Positions 30,880 through 40,849 of a DNA stretch of 64,000 nucleotides are shown here, in pieces. This DNA is from Terriglobia bacterium (GTDB lineage Bacteria > Acidobacteriota > Terriglobia > JAJPHL01 > JAPKYU01). The stretch is from the NCBI GenBank assembly GCA_965223005.1, contig CBDCVK010000009.1, forward strand, positions 1-64,000, given 5' to 3'. The position numbers and the translations under genes were made by a program. Position 1 is the first letter of the stretch; every line of letters starts with the position of its first letter. The notes under the pieces were generated by a model. It saw only the letters and a program-made list of their open reading frames with translations, did no database searches and was not told the origin of the DNA.

Positions 30880-31353
30880 AATCGTCGCAGGCGAAGAGCT
30901 GGTGACGGAATAGAACCTGAGGCAGGAAACCTGATACTAGGAAGGCAGAGCGCTATATTCTGTAAAGAAGCAGGGCGGCAGCCACGGCAAGCACACTGAC
31001 CGTAGCCGCCACAAGCAGCGTCCTCTTCAAGAGGCCAAAAAAGATCGTGCGCATCCGGATTTGACCTAGCGCGAACCGAACGTTCTCTAAGAAACCCCAG
31101 TGAGATGGAGGCTTTCCACTCTCCCCGAAGTTCGTAAAAGAGCCGATTATAGCCATGAACGAACTGGCCAGCAACTCCCCGGTACCGAATTATCGGATTG
31201 TTAGCACCTTGGTAACGCCTGCGGCCCGGACGTCTGCGGCACGGTATGGCCGGGGCCAGAGGCCGCCCCAGACTGTGTTAAAATGGTAGTAGCGGCGGCG
31301 AGTGATGGTGTTTGCCGCGCAGAGTAGAAGGAAAAGCCCAGGAGGAAAAAGCA

Positions 31354-31689
31354 ATGGGACACAACGAGGAAGGTGGCAACGGAGTACTCTGGTTCTTGGC
31401 TGGGGTCAGCTTCGGGGCAGCAGTGGCTTTGCTGTACGCGCCCCGCTCTGGCCGCGACACGCGCCGCTATCTTTCCAGAAAGGCCAATAAGGCGCAGCAC
31501 TTCGTTTCCGACAAGGCCGAGGAAGCGCGCGAATTCGTTTCCGATAAAGCCGAGGAAGCGGGCGACTTCGTTTCTGACCGGAGCCATGAACTCTACGACC
31601 GCGGCCGGGAAGTGGTGGACCGGGGCAGGGAATTCGTGGAAGATGCCTCAGAGTTGGTAGAACGCGGTCGCAAGTACGTTCGCAGCTAA
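31354..31689 (+). CDS. YtxH-domain protein
   Basis: FLAG...GAAVALLYAPRSGRDTR followed by 11-aa repeats; SD AGGAGG. Confidence 0.88.
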   Translation: MGHNEEGGNGVLWFLAGVSFGAAVALLYAPRSGRDTRRYLSRKANKAQHFVSDKAEEAREFVSDKAEEAGDFVSDRSHELYDRGREVVDRGREFVEDASELVERGRKYVRS

Positions 31690-31703
31690 CAGTTCGACAG
31701 CCG

Positions 31704-32576
31704 ATGCCGGATCGGATCACGCTGGGCGACTATGAGCTGGTCCTGGTCTCCGACGGCACCTACCAGCTAGATGGAGGCGCCTATTTCGGCGTGGTCCCGA
31801 AGGCACTGTGGAGCCGCAAAAAGGGAGCCGACGAGGGAAATCGCATTCGAGTCGGACTGAACTGCCTTGTGGCCCGCAGCGACCGCCACACGATCCTGAT
31901 CGAAACCGGCATTGGCGAGAAATTAGACGAGAAGCGTGTTCGCCTCTACGGTGTCGCGCGGCAGCGCAGCTTGCCGGAAGACATCGCCGCCCACGGCATT
32001 GATCCTGACTCCATAGAACTAGTCGTCGACACACATCTGCACTTCGACCATTGCGGGGGCAACACCCGATGGCAGGGCGGCCGGGCGGTGCCCGTCTTCC
32101 CCCGGGCCCGCTACTTCGCGCAGCGTGGCGAGTGGGAGCATGCCCACCTCCGCCATGACCGCGACCGCGTCAGCTACCTGGACGAAAACTACGAACCACT
32201 GGTCGCCAGCGGCCAGATGACGCTGCTGGACGGCGACGCCACCCTGGTGCCGGGTCTGGTTGTTCGGGTCACGCCGGGGCACACGAGGAACCTGCAGGTG
32301 GTGCTGATCCAGTCCGGCGGGCAAACCTGCGCCTACTTCTCCGATCTGGTCCCCTCCACTGCCCACCTGAACCCCACCTGGGTCATGGCGTTCGACCTGT
32401 TTCCGCTGGAGACCATCGAAAACAAAAAGCGCCTGCTTGCGCAGGCAGCCGCCGAGAATTGGCTTTGCGTCTTCGTACACGACGCGGAACACCCCTGGGG
32501 CTATGTGCGCGCCGGCGAGGGCGGCAAGTACGAGTATGAACCGGTGGCCGCGACCGCCCCGGTCAAAACCAGCTAG
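31704..32576 (+). CDS. MBL-fold metallo-hydrolase (YtnP-like)
   Basis: LDGGAYFGVVPK, THLHFDHCGG, PGHT. Confidence 0.92.
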   Translation: MPDRITLGDYELVLVSDGTYQLDGGAYFGVVPKALWSRKKGADEGNRIRVGLNCLVARSDRHTILIETGIGEKLDEKRVRLYGVARQRSLPEDIAAHGIDPDSIELVVDTHLHFDHCGGNTRWQGGRAVPVFPRARYFAQRGEWEHAHLRHDRDRVSYLDENYEPLVASGQMTLLDGDATLVPGLVVRVTPGHTRNLQVVLIQSGGQTCAYFSDLVPSTAHLNPTWVMAFDLFPLETIENKKRLLAQAAAENWLCVFVHDAEHPWGYVRAGEGGKYEYEPVAATAPVKTS

Positions 32577-32579
32577 GAG

Positions 32580-32599
32580 GCGGCCGGCGGTCCGGCCGC
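32580..32599. terminator. GC-rich hairpin between convergent genes
   Basis: GCGGCCGG-CGGT-CCGGCCGC; no U tract. Confidence 0.35.
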
Positions 32600-32695
32600 T
32601 CCAGAACAACTACGGCAGCGTGCCCGTCGCAATTTGCCACCGGAAGCCCCCCTCTGCCAAAGCAGTTGCCGCACCCGCGGGCACCAGCACACGCT

Positions 32696-34198
32696 CTATT
32701 TCGGCACCGGCTTCCAAGTTTGGCCGCCGTCAGCGGTGCGCAGGCGGCGTCCTGAGCGGGTCAGGATTTCGCCGGTAAGCGCGTTCGTGAAGGAGATAAT
32801 CACAGGATCTTTTGCTCCCGTCTCGACGGGCAGGTCCCAGCTTCGGCCCAGGTCGGCAGAGTGCGCCACCCGGCCGCCGGGCAAAAGCACCCACAGGTGA
32901 TCGCCGAAAACGGTGAAATCAGTGACCTCCGCGCCCGACGGGCCCGTCGGTATGGTCAGCGGCTTCCATTCGTTAGATTCGGCTGGGGTCACCAGCAGCA
33001 GTCCGGAGACAGTTAGAGCCAGGCGGTGCGTCGCGGCCGGGATTTGTTTGCGGAACTGCCCGTACCTCTGAGCGTCGCGCCCCTTAAGCCCCGTTTCCAG
33101 CCCCGTTGTCGCGCTGGCCCTCCCCGCGCGTCTTTGGCGGCGGGCTCCAACCTCGGCCGCCTCGATCTCCTTTTTTTCCTCCAAATCGGCGCGTTTGGCG
33201 AGCCGGCCCTCGAGGGCCAGGACGCTCTTGGACGCGTTCTTCGGCTCGGCCTGCATCCTTCGCAATTCCTTCGATCGCGACGGCTTCGGAGCGGACTGGG
33301 CCCGAGGACGGTCGGCGAGCTCGTTGGCCACCGAGCTCTTAGCTTGTGCTTCGGAGGCGCGTTGTGCGAAGGCATCGTCGACCGCCTGCGACCCGTCTTT
33401 CGTCTTGCGCGCGCGCTCAGCGGAACTTTCGAGATGCGCGAGCCGATCTGCTTCGGATGGAGACCCCGATGGGGGCGCCGATGGAGACGGGGGAGGTGCA
33501 GCCGCCGGGACAGGAGCCGCTGCTCGCGCCCCCTTTTCGGCGAATTGTTCGGCGAAGCCGCCCTGGAGCTCTCGCCGTGTTTGCGGCAGCCGCTCCTGTT
33601 CCTCAGTACCCACTGCCGCTGTCGTTCCCCCAACTGTCGTTCCCCTAACTGTCGCTCCCCCAACCGGGTGTGCCTTGTCAGCTTCGCTTAGCAGGACGCC
33701 GCGACTGGTGGCGGCCTCTGCGGGAGCCTGAGGCGCGGGAGCGTAGGCGTGTGACTCGCCTGTCGGCGACTCCGGCTCCGGGGTCGCTTGCTCAGCAACT
33801 CGGCCAGGCGCAGTGGAAGGGAGGGGGGCCACGATCTGGAAGCGCTCGTAGTAGATGAACGACCCTACCAGGATCACGCCGGCCAGCGTGGGCAACGCCC
33901 AACGCCAACGAAACAGCAGAGGAGCGCGGGGCACCCGCGCGGTCTGCGTACCTGCGGCCGCGGCACCAGCGGCCGATTCCTGCGGCGCCAGGCGCACCAG
34001 ACGCACCACAGCAGCCTGGCAGGCCGCACATGTGGCCAGGTGCTGCTCCAGGCGCTCGCGGGTCGTCTGGGGGAGTTGGCCTTCCGCGTACGCGGCCAGC
34101 AGCTCGGCGTTGTCGCAGAGTTCACCGCCCGCCGCGCCCTCCCAGTTTCGCCGCCGCAGCAAGTCCTCCAGAGGTGTGTGGTCGTCCGGCACGTGCAC
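32696..34198 (-). CDS. zf-HC2 anti-sigma factor with TM helix, long linker and C-terminal BNR/YCF48-like domain
   Basis: HLATCAAC, TM segment, SADLGRSW and TADGGQTW Asp-boxes. Confidence 0.8.
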   Translation of the reverse strand: MHVPDDHTPLEDLLRRRNWEGAAGGELCDNAELLAAYAEGQLPQTTRERLEQHLATCAACQAAVVRLVRLAPQESAAGAAAAGTQTARVPRAPLLFRWRWALPTLAGVILVGSFIYYERFQIVAPLPSTAPGRVAEQATPEPESPTGESHAYAPAPQAPAEAATSRGVLLSEADKAHPVGGATVRGTTVGGTTAAVGTEEQERLPQTRRELQGGFAEQFAEKGARAAAPVPAAAPPPSPSAPPSGSPSEADRLAHLESSAERARKTKDGSQAVDDAFAQRASEAQAKSSVANELADRPRAQSAPKPSRSKELRRMQAEPKNASKSVLALEGRLAKRADLEEKKEIEAAEVGARRQRRAGRASATTGLETGLKGRDAQRYGQFRKQIPAATHRLALTVSGLLLVTPAESNEWKPLTIPTGPSGAEVTDFTVFGDHLWVLLPGGRVAHSADLGRSWDLPVETGAKDPVIISFTNALTGEILTRSGRRLRTADGGQTWKPVPK

Positions 34199-34206
34199 TT
34201 TGGCCC

Positions 34207-35049
34207 CTATTTCTGAACGGCAGGCGTGCCGCGATCTTGCACGCTCCGCCGAATCTCCAAGCTGCCCTGCGCAGCCTGATACAGGCAGCGCCTCACTTCG
34301 TCCTCCTCCAACCGGTGCTCCTTCTTCAGGATGCTAGTCAGGGTCTGGCGCAATTGGCTACGAGCCCGGTCCAGTTCGCGGCTGGCCGTGGCCTCATGCA
34401 CCCCTACCAGAGCGGCGGCTTCGCGCAGGGTCAGCCCATGAAAACAGTAAAAATCCAACAGCAACTTCTGGCGCGGCGGCAGTCGTTGCAAAGCCGTTTC
34501 CAGCGCGTTCTGGGCCATGCGCTCGTATTGTCCCTGCTCGACCGGATCGGCAAGTGGTGCTGCGGATACGGCCTGGCCGGCTGATTCCCGCTCCTCCAAT
34601 GAGACTTCCTTTTTCTCCGAGCGCAAGCGATCCACGTAGCTCTGGTAGAGGACCGCGCGTAGCCACCCTGCCAGCGAACTGCGCCCGGCGAAGGAGGCCA
34701 GCCGCGCCCGCTGCTCATAGAGTTCGCCAAACATTGCGTCGGCCAGCTCCTCGCCGCGCGGGCCTGCTAGCGCACGTCCAGCCGCCCGCAGCGGTCCGCA
34801 AAGTTCCTCAAAGAACTGCCGCCAGGCCCGCTCGTCGCCGTGCGCACAGGCAGCCGCCAGCGCCAGATCGCGCAGCCGGACCGAGCGCAGGTATTCCTCC
34901 GCGCTGCCCTCCCCGCCATATTTCTCCAGCGATGCGTGCGCTGCCTGAGCAAAAGCCTCCAGTGGCAGTCCCCAGGAGGAGGCGGGCGTCGCCGAGTAGA
35001 GCTGCTCCAGCAGGCGACGGTAGCGGGATTGGAATTCTGCCGCCGTCAT
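34207..35049 (-). CDS. ECF-type sigma-70 factor with N-terminal extension
   Basis: DLALAAACAHGDERAW, FAGRSSLAGWL, region 4 LTLREAAALVGVHEATASR. Confidence 0.87.
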   Translation of the reverse strand: MTAAEFQSRYRRLLEQLYSATPASSWGLPLEAFAQAAHASLEKYGGEGSAEEYLRSVRLRDLALAAACAHGDERAWRQFFEELCGPLRAAGRALAGPRGEELADAMFGELYEQRARLASFAGRSSLAGWLRAVLYQSYVDRLRSEKKEVSLEERESAGQAVSAAPLADPVEQGQYERMAQNALETALQRLPPRQKLLLDFYCFHGLTLREAAALVGVHEATASRELDRARSQLRQTLTSILKKEHRLEEDEVRRCLYQAAQGSLEIRRSVQDRGTPAVQK

Positions 35050-35156
35050 GACTTCTTCCAAAGATTATACGCGGCCCTGGGGCGGCCCGCACTTCCGCAG
35101 GGGTGATTCCTTTGGGAGCAACGGCAGAGGGCATATACTGGGCTTTCGGCCCAAGA

Positions 35157-35220
35157 GCCAGGCTAAGGCTAAGCTAACTAGGCTAAGACCAGGGTAAGAC
35201 CGGGCTAGGACCAGGCTAGG
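35157..35220. repeat. Degenerate 11-bp tandem repeat (ACCAGGCTAAG-like)
   Basis: ACTAGGCTAAG-ACCAGGGTAAG-ACCGGGCTAGG-ACCAGGCTAGG at 35177-35220 plus partial units. Confidence 0.8.
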
Positions 35221-35248
35221 AGAAGATGGCTGGGCTGAGAGCGCGCTA

Positions 35249-36424
35249 ATGGCCTTTCCGTTTCGCGGCGTGGACTTCATGGAGGTGGACTCGCTGTTCA
35301 GCTCCGAGGAGTTGCTGGTGCGTCAGACCACCCGCGAATTTGTGGAGAACGAAGTCATTCCCATCATCGAGGAGCATAACCGGGAGGGGAAATTCCCGTT
35401 GCACCTGGTCCCGAAGATGGCCGAGCTGGGGTTTCTCGGGGCCAACCTGCGAGGCTATGGCTGCGCAGAGATGTCCAACGTCGAATACGGCCTGATGATG
35501 CAGGAATTGGAGCGGGGTGACAGCGGCCTGCGCAGCTTCGCCAGCGTGCAGGGCGCGCTGGTCATGTACCCGATCCTGGAGTTTGGCTCCGAGGAGCAAA
35601 AGCAGCGGTGGCTGCCGCGGCTGCAAAGTGGCCGGGCCATTGGCTGCTTTGGATTGACCGAACCCGACTTCGGTTCCAACCCTGCTGGCCTGCGCAGCCG
35701 CGCCGTCCGGGACGGGCGCCACTACGTGCTCGACGGCGAGAAGGCCTGGATCACCTCCGGCAGCATCGCCGACCTGGCGCTCGTCTGGGCCAAGACGGAG
35801 GACGGCGTCATTCGCGGCTTTCTGGTCGAAAAGAGCACCCGGGGGCTCACAGCGCGCGACATCAAGGAAAAATTTTCCCTGCGGGCTTCGGTCACCAGCA
35901 GCCTGTCGCTCCAGGACGCGCGGATCCCATGCGAAAACCTGCTTCCCGATACCGATGGATTGAAAGCAGCGCTGATGTGTCTGAACCAGGCGCGCTATGG
36001 CATCGGCTGGGGCGCGCTGGGGGCGGCCATGGCCTGCTACGAGACCGCCCGGCAGTACGCGCTCGAACGCCGCCAGTTCGACAACAGACCCATCGCCGGC
36101 CATCAACTAGTCCAGCAGAAGCTGGCCTGGATGATCACCGAGATTACCAAGGGGCAGTTGCTGGCGCTGCACGTGGGAAGGCTGAAGGACGCCCGCCGCG
36201 CCCACCACGCCCATATCTCCATGCTGAAGCGCAACAACGTGGAAATGGCGCTGGAAACGGCGCGCCTGGCTCGTGACATTCTGGGAGCCACCGGCATCTC
36301 CGAGGAGTACCCCGTCTTCCGGCATATGTGCAACCTGGAGTCGGTTAAGACTTACGAGGGCACGCACGACATCCACACCCTGGCGATCGGCGAGAGGATC
36401 ACTGGGATTTCAGCGTTTTCCTGA
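35249..36424 (+). CDS. gcdH: Glutaryl-CoA dehydrogenase-like acyl-CoA dehydrogenase
   Basis: ELERGDSG, GCFGLTEPDFGS, CLNQARYGI, TYEGTHDIH. Confidence 0.88.
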   Translation: MAFPFRGVDFMEVDSLFSSEELLVRQTTREFVENEVIPIIEEHNREGKFPLHLVPKMAELGFLGANLRGYGCAEMSNVEYGLMMQELERGDSGLRSFASVQGALVMYPILEFGSEEQKQRWLPRLQSGRAIGCFGLTEPDFGSNPAGLRSRAVRDGRHYVLDGEKAWITSGSIADLALVWAKTEDGVIRGFLVEKSTRGLTARDIKEKFSLRASVTSSLSLQDARIPCENLLPDTDGLKAALMCLNQARYGIGWGALGAAMACYETARQYALERRQFDNRPIAGHQLVQQKLAWMITEITKGQLLALHVGRLKDARRAHHAHISMLKRNNVEMALETARLARDILGATGISEEYPVFRHMCNLESVKTYEGTHDIHTLAIGERITGISAFS

Positions 36425-36483
36425 TCTTCTTTTCCTGATCGTCTGGGAGAATGCGCTCCGGTATAGCAGACAGCCGGTAAATC

Positions 36484-36966
36484 ATGATTCGCACCCCACA
36501 CATTGTCCTGCTGGCCGGCGCCGTGGTTGTGACGTTGTTGGCCGGCCTGGCGTCGCTGCTCGATTCTTCCTGGGTGTACCTGTTGTTCCAGGCGGTATGC
36601 CACCAGCAGACGGAACGGGCATTGTGGTTTGCGGGTGGTCCCATGGCGGTATGCGCGCGCTGCTTCGGCATCTATGCCGGAGCAGTGCTGGCGCTGCTGG
36701 CCAGGCTTCCGGCCCGGCCGCGGACACTGGCGACGGCCAGCCTGTTGCTGGCCGCCGACGTGGGCAGCGAGTGGCTGGGGCTGCGTCCGCCTTGGGCCAT
36801 GGGGCGGCTGCTGGTGGGTTTGCTGGTTGGCGCAACGGCCACGCCGTTCATCGACGGGGAACTGGCTCAGGCTATGCGGCCGTCACGGAAGGAAGCTGTG
36901 GTCCGCCGGAGGCGTCGGAGTGGCAAGCTTGCCCTGACTGAGATCACCCAAGGCCGCGCCAATTGA
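36484..36966 (+). CDS. DUF2085-like membrane protein
   Basis: CHQ...R...MAVCARCFGIYAG motif and TM helices. Confidence 0.75.
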   Translation: MIRTPHIVLLAGAVVVTLLAGLASLLDSSWVYLLFQAVCHQQTERALWFAGGPMAVCARCFGIYAGAVLALLARLPARPRTLATASLLLAADVGSEWLGLRPPWAMGRLLVGLLVGATATPFIDGELAQAMRPSRKEAVVRRRRRSGKLALTEITQGRAN

Positions 36967-37661
36967 TGGAACGCTGTCCCAATTGCGACGCCGAATTGCC
37001 GGCGATTGCGTATTTCTGCCCCATTTGTGGACAGAAGCTCGAGACCTCCGAACAGCCGCCGGATAGCGCAGCGGCTTCCGAAGATCAGCCAGAGGAGGAA
37101 TCCCCAAGCACTCAGGATTCGACAGTCCTCGCGCCGGAGCCGGAAGTGGCTCCGGCACCTCCAGGCTGGCGAGTGGCGCCGGTTTCCGGACCGCAGATGG
37201 TGGGCCCGGCGTTCTGGGCTGCCGTCGCTGCCGGGGTGCTGGTGGGCGTGCCCGGCACCAGCAACTGCGCTTGCCTGTGGATGCTGGGCTGCGGGGCGCT
37301 GGCGGTTTTCTTCTTTCACAAGCAATTTGGCCGTACAACCTTGCCCAACGAAGCAGCCCGCTTGGGAGCCCTAAGCGGCCTTTTCGGCTGCCTGGTGGCC
37401 TCCCTGGTGGCCGTGGTTTCCCTTGCCCTGATCCGGCGCAGTACTCTGGGGTTTGTGGATCAACTGCGCGAGAACCTGGAGCGGTCAGCGCCCATGCTGA
37501 AACCCGAGGATGCGGCTCAAATCCAGGAGCTGATCAATGCGCCAGGCGGCGCCGCCGTGCTGCTGGCGATGCTCGCTGCCTTCTATCTGTTCAGTTTCCT
37601 TGCGCTCAGCACGCTGGGAGCCCTGCTGGCCGGCTCTCTCGCCCGCCGCCGCTCCGAGTGA
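36966..37661 (+). CDS. Zinc-ribbon domain membrane protein
   Basis: CPNC...FCPICG, then about 4 TM helices. Confidence 0.78.
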   Translation: MERCPNCDAELPAIAYFCPICGQKLETSEQPPDSAAASEDQPEEESPSTQDSTVLAPEPEVAPAPPGWRVAPVSGPQMVGPAFWAAVAAGVLVGVPGTSNCACLWMLGCGALAVFFFHKQFGRTTLPNEAARLGALSGLFGCLVASLVAVVSLALIRRSTLGFVDQLRENLERSAPMLKPEDAAQIQELINAPGGAAVLLAMLAAFYLFSFLALSTLGALLAGSLARRRSE

Positions 37662-37751
37662 TTTTTGCGCTTCGCTGTCATCCCTTTCTTCGCAAGGCAC
37701 TCCCCTCGGGATGACTCTGGCTGTGCTCAGGATGGAAATGCCACAGATGTC

Positions 37752-39296
37752 CTAGGCAGGCTGGAGCAGAGGACTGGTCCCGAACAGGTTGCCGCGGTTG
37801 AGCAGGTTCTTGGGGTCCAGGGCCAGCTTGATGCGCCACATGGCCTCGAGCACCTCCGGCGGATACAGCAACTTGAGTAGGTGGGCTTTGCTCTTGCCCA
37901 GGCCATGCTCGGCCCCCACCGTGCCGCCCAGCTTCACCGCCTGCTCGGCGAATTTCAGCAGCAGAGCTTTGGCCGCATCGAAGTCGGCTTCATTGGTTGG
38001 CAGCATGTTTACATGCAGGTGGCCGTCGCCGATGTGGCCGTAGATGGTGTACTGGTCGGCGCCGGCAAACAGGGCGTCCAGTTCGTGGTGGTAGAAGGCG
38101 AGAATTTCCTGAGTCCGCTCTACGGGGACCGCTTGGTCGGTGGCTAGCTTGGGATAGCCGTTGAGCCGGGCGGTGTCGTTGACGATCAGGGCGATGGCGT
38201 GGCGAAATTCCCGGAACTTTTCCCGCTCCACGGCCGAAACAGCAAACCAGGAATCCTCCAGCAACGCGTCTTGTTCGCCGATCAGCTCCAGCCAGCGCTC
38301 GGCGGCCTCTTCCCGCGGGCCGTCGCCGATTTCCTGCTCCAGCAAAATCGCGGACTGGGCCTGGGCAGGAATTTCCGGATAACGGTGCAGGCGCAGCAAA
38401 GTGAGTGAATTGTGGTCGAAAAACTCCAGCAGTCGCGCGGAGGTCGGGTCCGCCCACTCCGAGTCGTGGGCGAGGCGCTGCGCTCGGGTCGCAAAGTCCA
38501 GTGCGGCCCTCTCGCTAGAGTAAAAGATGACGCCGCCCAGGACCTCGCCGGGCCAGGGCAGCAGCGCCAGCTCGGCTTCGGTCACCACGCCCAGGGTTCC
38601 TTCCGAGCCAATGAACAAGTCCACAAGGTCCATGCCCGGCCGAAACCAGTAGCCGGCGGAATGCTTGGTAGTGGCGGGCATGGGAAAATCGGGCAGACGA
38701 ATTTCGCGCATGTCGCCGCTGGCCCGCACGATCTGGAAGCATCCTGCGGCGTTGGCTGTCACCTCGCCGCGCACGAGTTCCAGCAGGTCGCCGTTCGGTA
38801 ACACCAGTCGCAGGCGGCGTACGTGGCGGCGCGTCGCCCCATACTTGAAGCTGCGCGCGCCGGAAGCGTTGCAGGCGATGGTGCCCCCGATGCTGGCGTG
38901 GATCTCGGTGGGATCCGGCGGGTAGAATTGCCTGGTCTGCTGGGCCGCCGCTTGCAATTCTTTCAGCAAAACTCCTGGCTGAATGCGCGTGCCTCCCGGG
39001 GCAATTTCGAGAATGCGGTTTAGCCGCTCCACAGACAGCACCCAGCCGCCCTGCGCCACCCGGGCTCCTGTGAGCCCGGTGCCGGCGCCTGAGACTGTCA
39101 CCGGCGTCTCGGTGCGCACCGCTTCGCGCAGCACGGCGCTGACCTGGGCTTCATCGTCGGGAAGCAGCAGCAATTCGGCGCGTCCGGTAAACCCGGAAGC
39201 GTCCTCGACGTAGGGCTCCAGGACCTCCGATTCGCTGCGGCGCGGACACGGCCCCGCAGCAAGTGGCGCAGCTCTCGCATACGCGCGGTGGCCCAT
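37752..39296 (-). CDS. FAD-binding oxidoreductase (GlcD / D-lactate dehydrogenase family)
   Basis: GAGTGLTG, YPPDP, NASG, GSEGTLG, GHIGDGHLH, AEHGLG. Confidence 0.92.
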   Translation of the reverse strand: MGHRAYARAAPLAAGPCPRRSESEVLEPYVEDASGFTGRAELLLLPDDEAQVSAVLREAVRTETPVTVSGAGTGLTGARVAQGGWVLSVERLNRILEIAPGGTRIQPGVLLKELQAAAQQTRQFYPPDPTEIHASIGGTIACNASGARSFKYGATRRHVRRLRLVLPNGDLLELVRGEVTANAAGCFQIVRASGDMREIRLPDFPMPATTKHSAGYWFRPGMDLVDLFIGSEGTLGVVTEAELALLPWPGEVLGGVIFYSSERAALDFATRAQRLAHDSEWADPTSARLLEFFDHNSLTLLRLHRYPEIPAQAQSAILLEQEIGDGPREEAAERWLELIGEQDALLEDSWFAVSAVEREKFREFRHAIALIVNDTARLNGYPKLATDQAVPVERTQEILAFYHHELDALFAGADQYTIYGHIGDGHLHVNMLPTNEADFDAAKALLLKFAEQAVKLGGTVGAEHGLGKSKAHLLKLLYPPEVLEAMWRIKLALDPKNLLNRGNLFGTSPLLQPA

Positions 39297-39369
39297 CGCA
39301 GCTAGCTTATCTCCGGGCAGGTGCGCAGCATTCAGATTCGCAGGCGCTTCTACTATTAAATATCCGGTA

Positions 39370-40242
39370 TTAAATGTCTGGGCCTTCTTCTTCGGCAGCT
39401 GGCAGGTGCAGGTGGTTCGTTTCCAGGTAGCCTTTGAGCACGTCGAAACCCTCCTGCGGCGAGTCCGCGTACTGGAACAACTCCAGATCTTCCGGACTAA
39501 TGGCGCCCCACTCGGCTAGCTTCTCCAGACGCAGAACACTGTCCCAGTACTGGCGGCCGTAGATGAGGACGGCTATTCGCTTGGCAAGCCGGTTGGTCTG
39601 GACCAGGGTCAGCAGTTCAAATAGCTCATCCAGCGTACCGAAGCCGCCCGGGAAAATCACCACCGCCTTGGCCAGATACACGAACCAGAACTTCCTCATG
39701 AAGAAATAATGAAACTGGAAGCTTAGCTCAGGGGTGATATAGGGGTTAGGGGGTTGTTCGAAGGGGAGGGAGATATTGAGGCCGATGCTCTTTCCCCCGG
39801 CTTCGGAGGCGCCCCGATTGGCCGCTTCCATAATGCCTGGTCCACCGCCGGAGCACACGACAAACCGGCAGCGGGCAAATGGCAGGGGCTTGGCCCAGGC
39901 GGTCAGCAGGCGCGCCAGCTCCCGTGCTTCCTCATAATAGCGCGACCAGTTCAGCGCGACTCCGGCCTCCTTAACCTGCTCCGCAAGCTGTGGATCGCGG
40001 TTTGCGGCGTCGGCTTGCTTCAACACCTGGAGCTGCCGTTCTGCCTCCTGGCGGCTGTGCACGCGGGCCGAGCCGAAAAACACCACCGTGTCCTGGATGT
40101 TCTGGCGCCGGAATCGAGCCAGCGGCTCCAGGTATTCGGAAAGAACGCGCAGCGCGCGGGCATCGGCGCTGGCCAGGAATTTCGCGTTTTCGTACGCCAG
40201 GGCCGGCGCGCGATTCTCGCGCTGTGTTTGAGGGTCGTTCAT
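39370..40242 (-). CDS. LOG family protein (cytokinin-activating/lysine decarboxylase-like)
   Basis: FFGSAR, GGGPGIMEAANRGA, FHYFFMRK, PGGFGTLDE. Confidence 0.93.
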   Translation of the reverse strand: MNDPQTQRENRAPALAYENAKFLASADARALRVLSEYLEPLARFRRQNIQDTVVFFGSARVHSRQEAERQLQVLKQADAANRDPQLAEQVKEAGVALNWSRYYEEARELARLLTAWAKPLPFARCRFVVCSGGGPGIMEAANRGASEAGGKSIGLNISLPFEQPPNPYITPELSFQFHYFFMRKFWFVYLAKAVVIFPGGFGTLDELFELLTLVQTNRLAKRIAVLIYGRQYWDSVLRLEKLAEWGAISPEDLELFQYADSPQEGFDVLKGYLETNHLHLPAAEEEGPDI

Positions 40243-40445
40243 GGCAGTGGTTATACTACGCCGGGCCGATAGCGACGCAGAAAATTGGCGAGAAGCCATC
40301 GAGTCGCGCGACGTAACGCAGGATCTCAGCATTCAGGGAAAGCTTCTCGACAGTGCAGCAAATCGTCTGATATTCTTTCCCGCTTCCCGGCTTCTTCGGT
40401 GTTTGTAGTGCGTGGGTGTTCCTGAAAAACCCAGAAGGAGACGCT

Positions 40446-40793
40446 ATGCCCAACCCTGTGGTGCACTGGGAAATTGCGGTGAAAGATGCTGAACAGGCCA
40501 AGAAGTTCTACAGCGCCCTGTTTGAGTGGAACATTGATTTCAGCAACCCGATGAATTACGGGATGACCAACACTGGAGGTCTGAACGGTGGCATCTTCAA
40601 GCCACCTAAAGGCGCTCCCAATTACGTGACCTTCTATGTACAGGTGGACGACATTGACGCTTCCCTGAAGAAAGCGGGAGAGCTTGGCGGCAAGGTGGTC
40701 GTTCCCAACACGCCGATTCCAGGTATGGGAGCCTTCGGCATGTTTGCTGACCCGGAAGGGAACGTCGTTGGGGTGTTTAAGGGCCAATCCTAG
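40446..40793 (+). CDS. VOC/glyoxalase family protein
   Basis: VVHWEI, FYSALFEW, DPEGN; SD AAGGAG. Confidence 0.9.
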   Translation: MPNPVVHWEIAVKDAEQAKKFYSALFEWNIDFSNPMNYGMTNTGGLNGGIFKPPKGAPNYVTFYVQVDDIDASLKKAGELGGKVVVPNTPIPGMGAFGMFADPEGNVVGVFKGQS

Positions 40794-40849
40794 CCGCCAA
40801 CGCCGCAGAGGCCGGCTAGGCCGTTCCGCCGCTGGCGGTGAATCCTTGC

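Noticed and set aside
30874-30916. Possible pgl remnant after zwf (IEIVAGEEL...)
   Set aside because: Too short to support.
30953-31054. 33-aa hydrophobic ORF (MRTIFFGLLKRTLLVAATVSVLAVAAALLLYRI) as a small membrane protein or toxin
   Set aside because: No clear SD, antisense partner or recognisable family; left uncalled.
31500-31640. 33-bp repeats
   Set aside because: Normal 11-aa amphipathic repeats of YtxH-like proteins.
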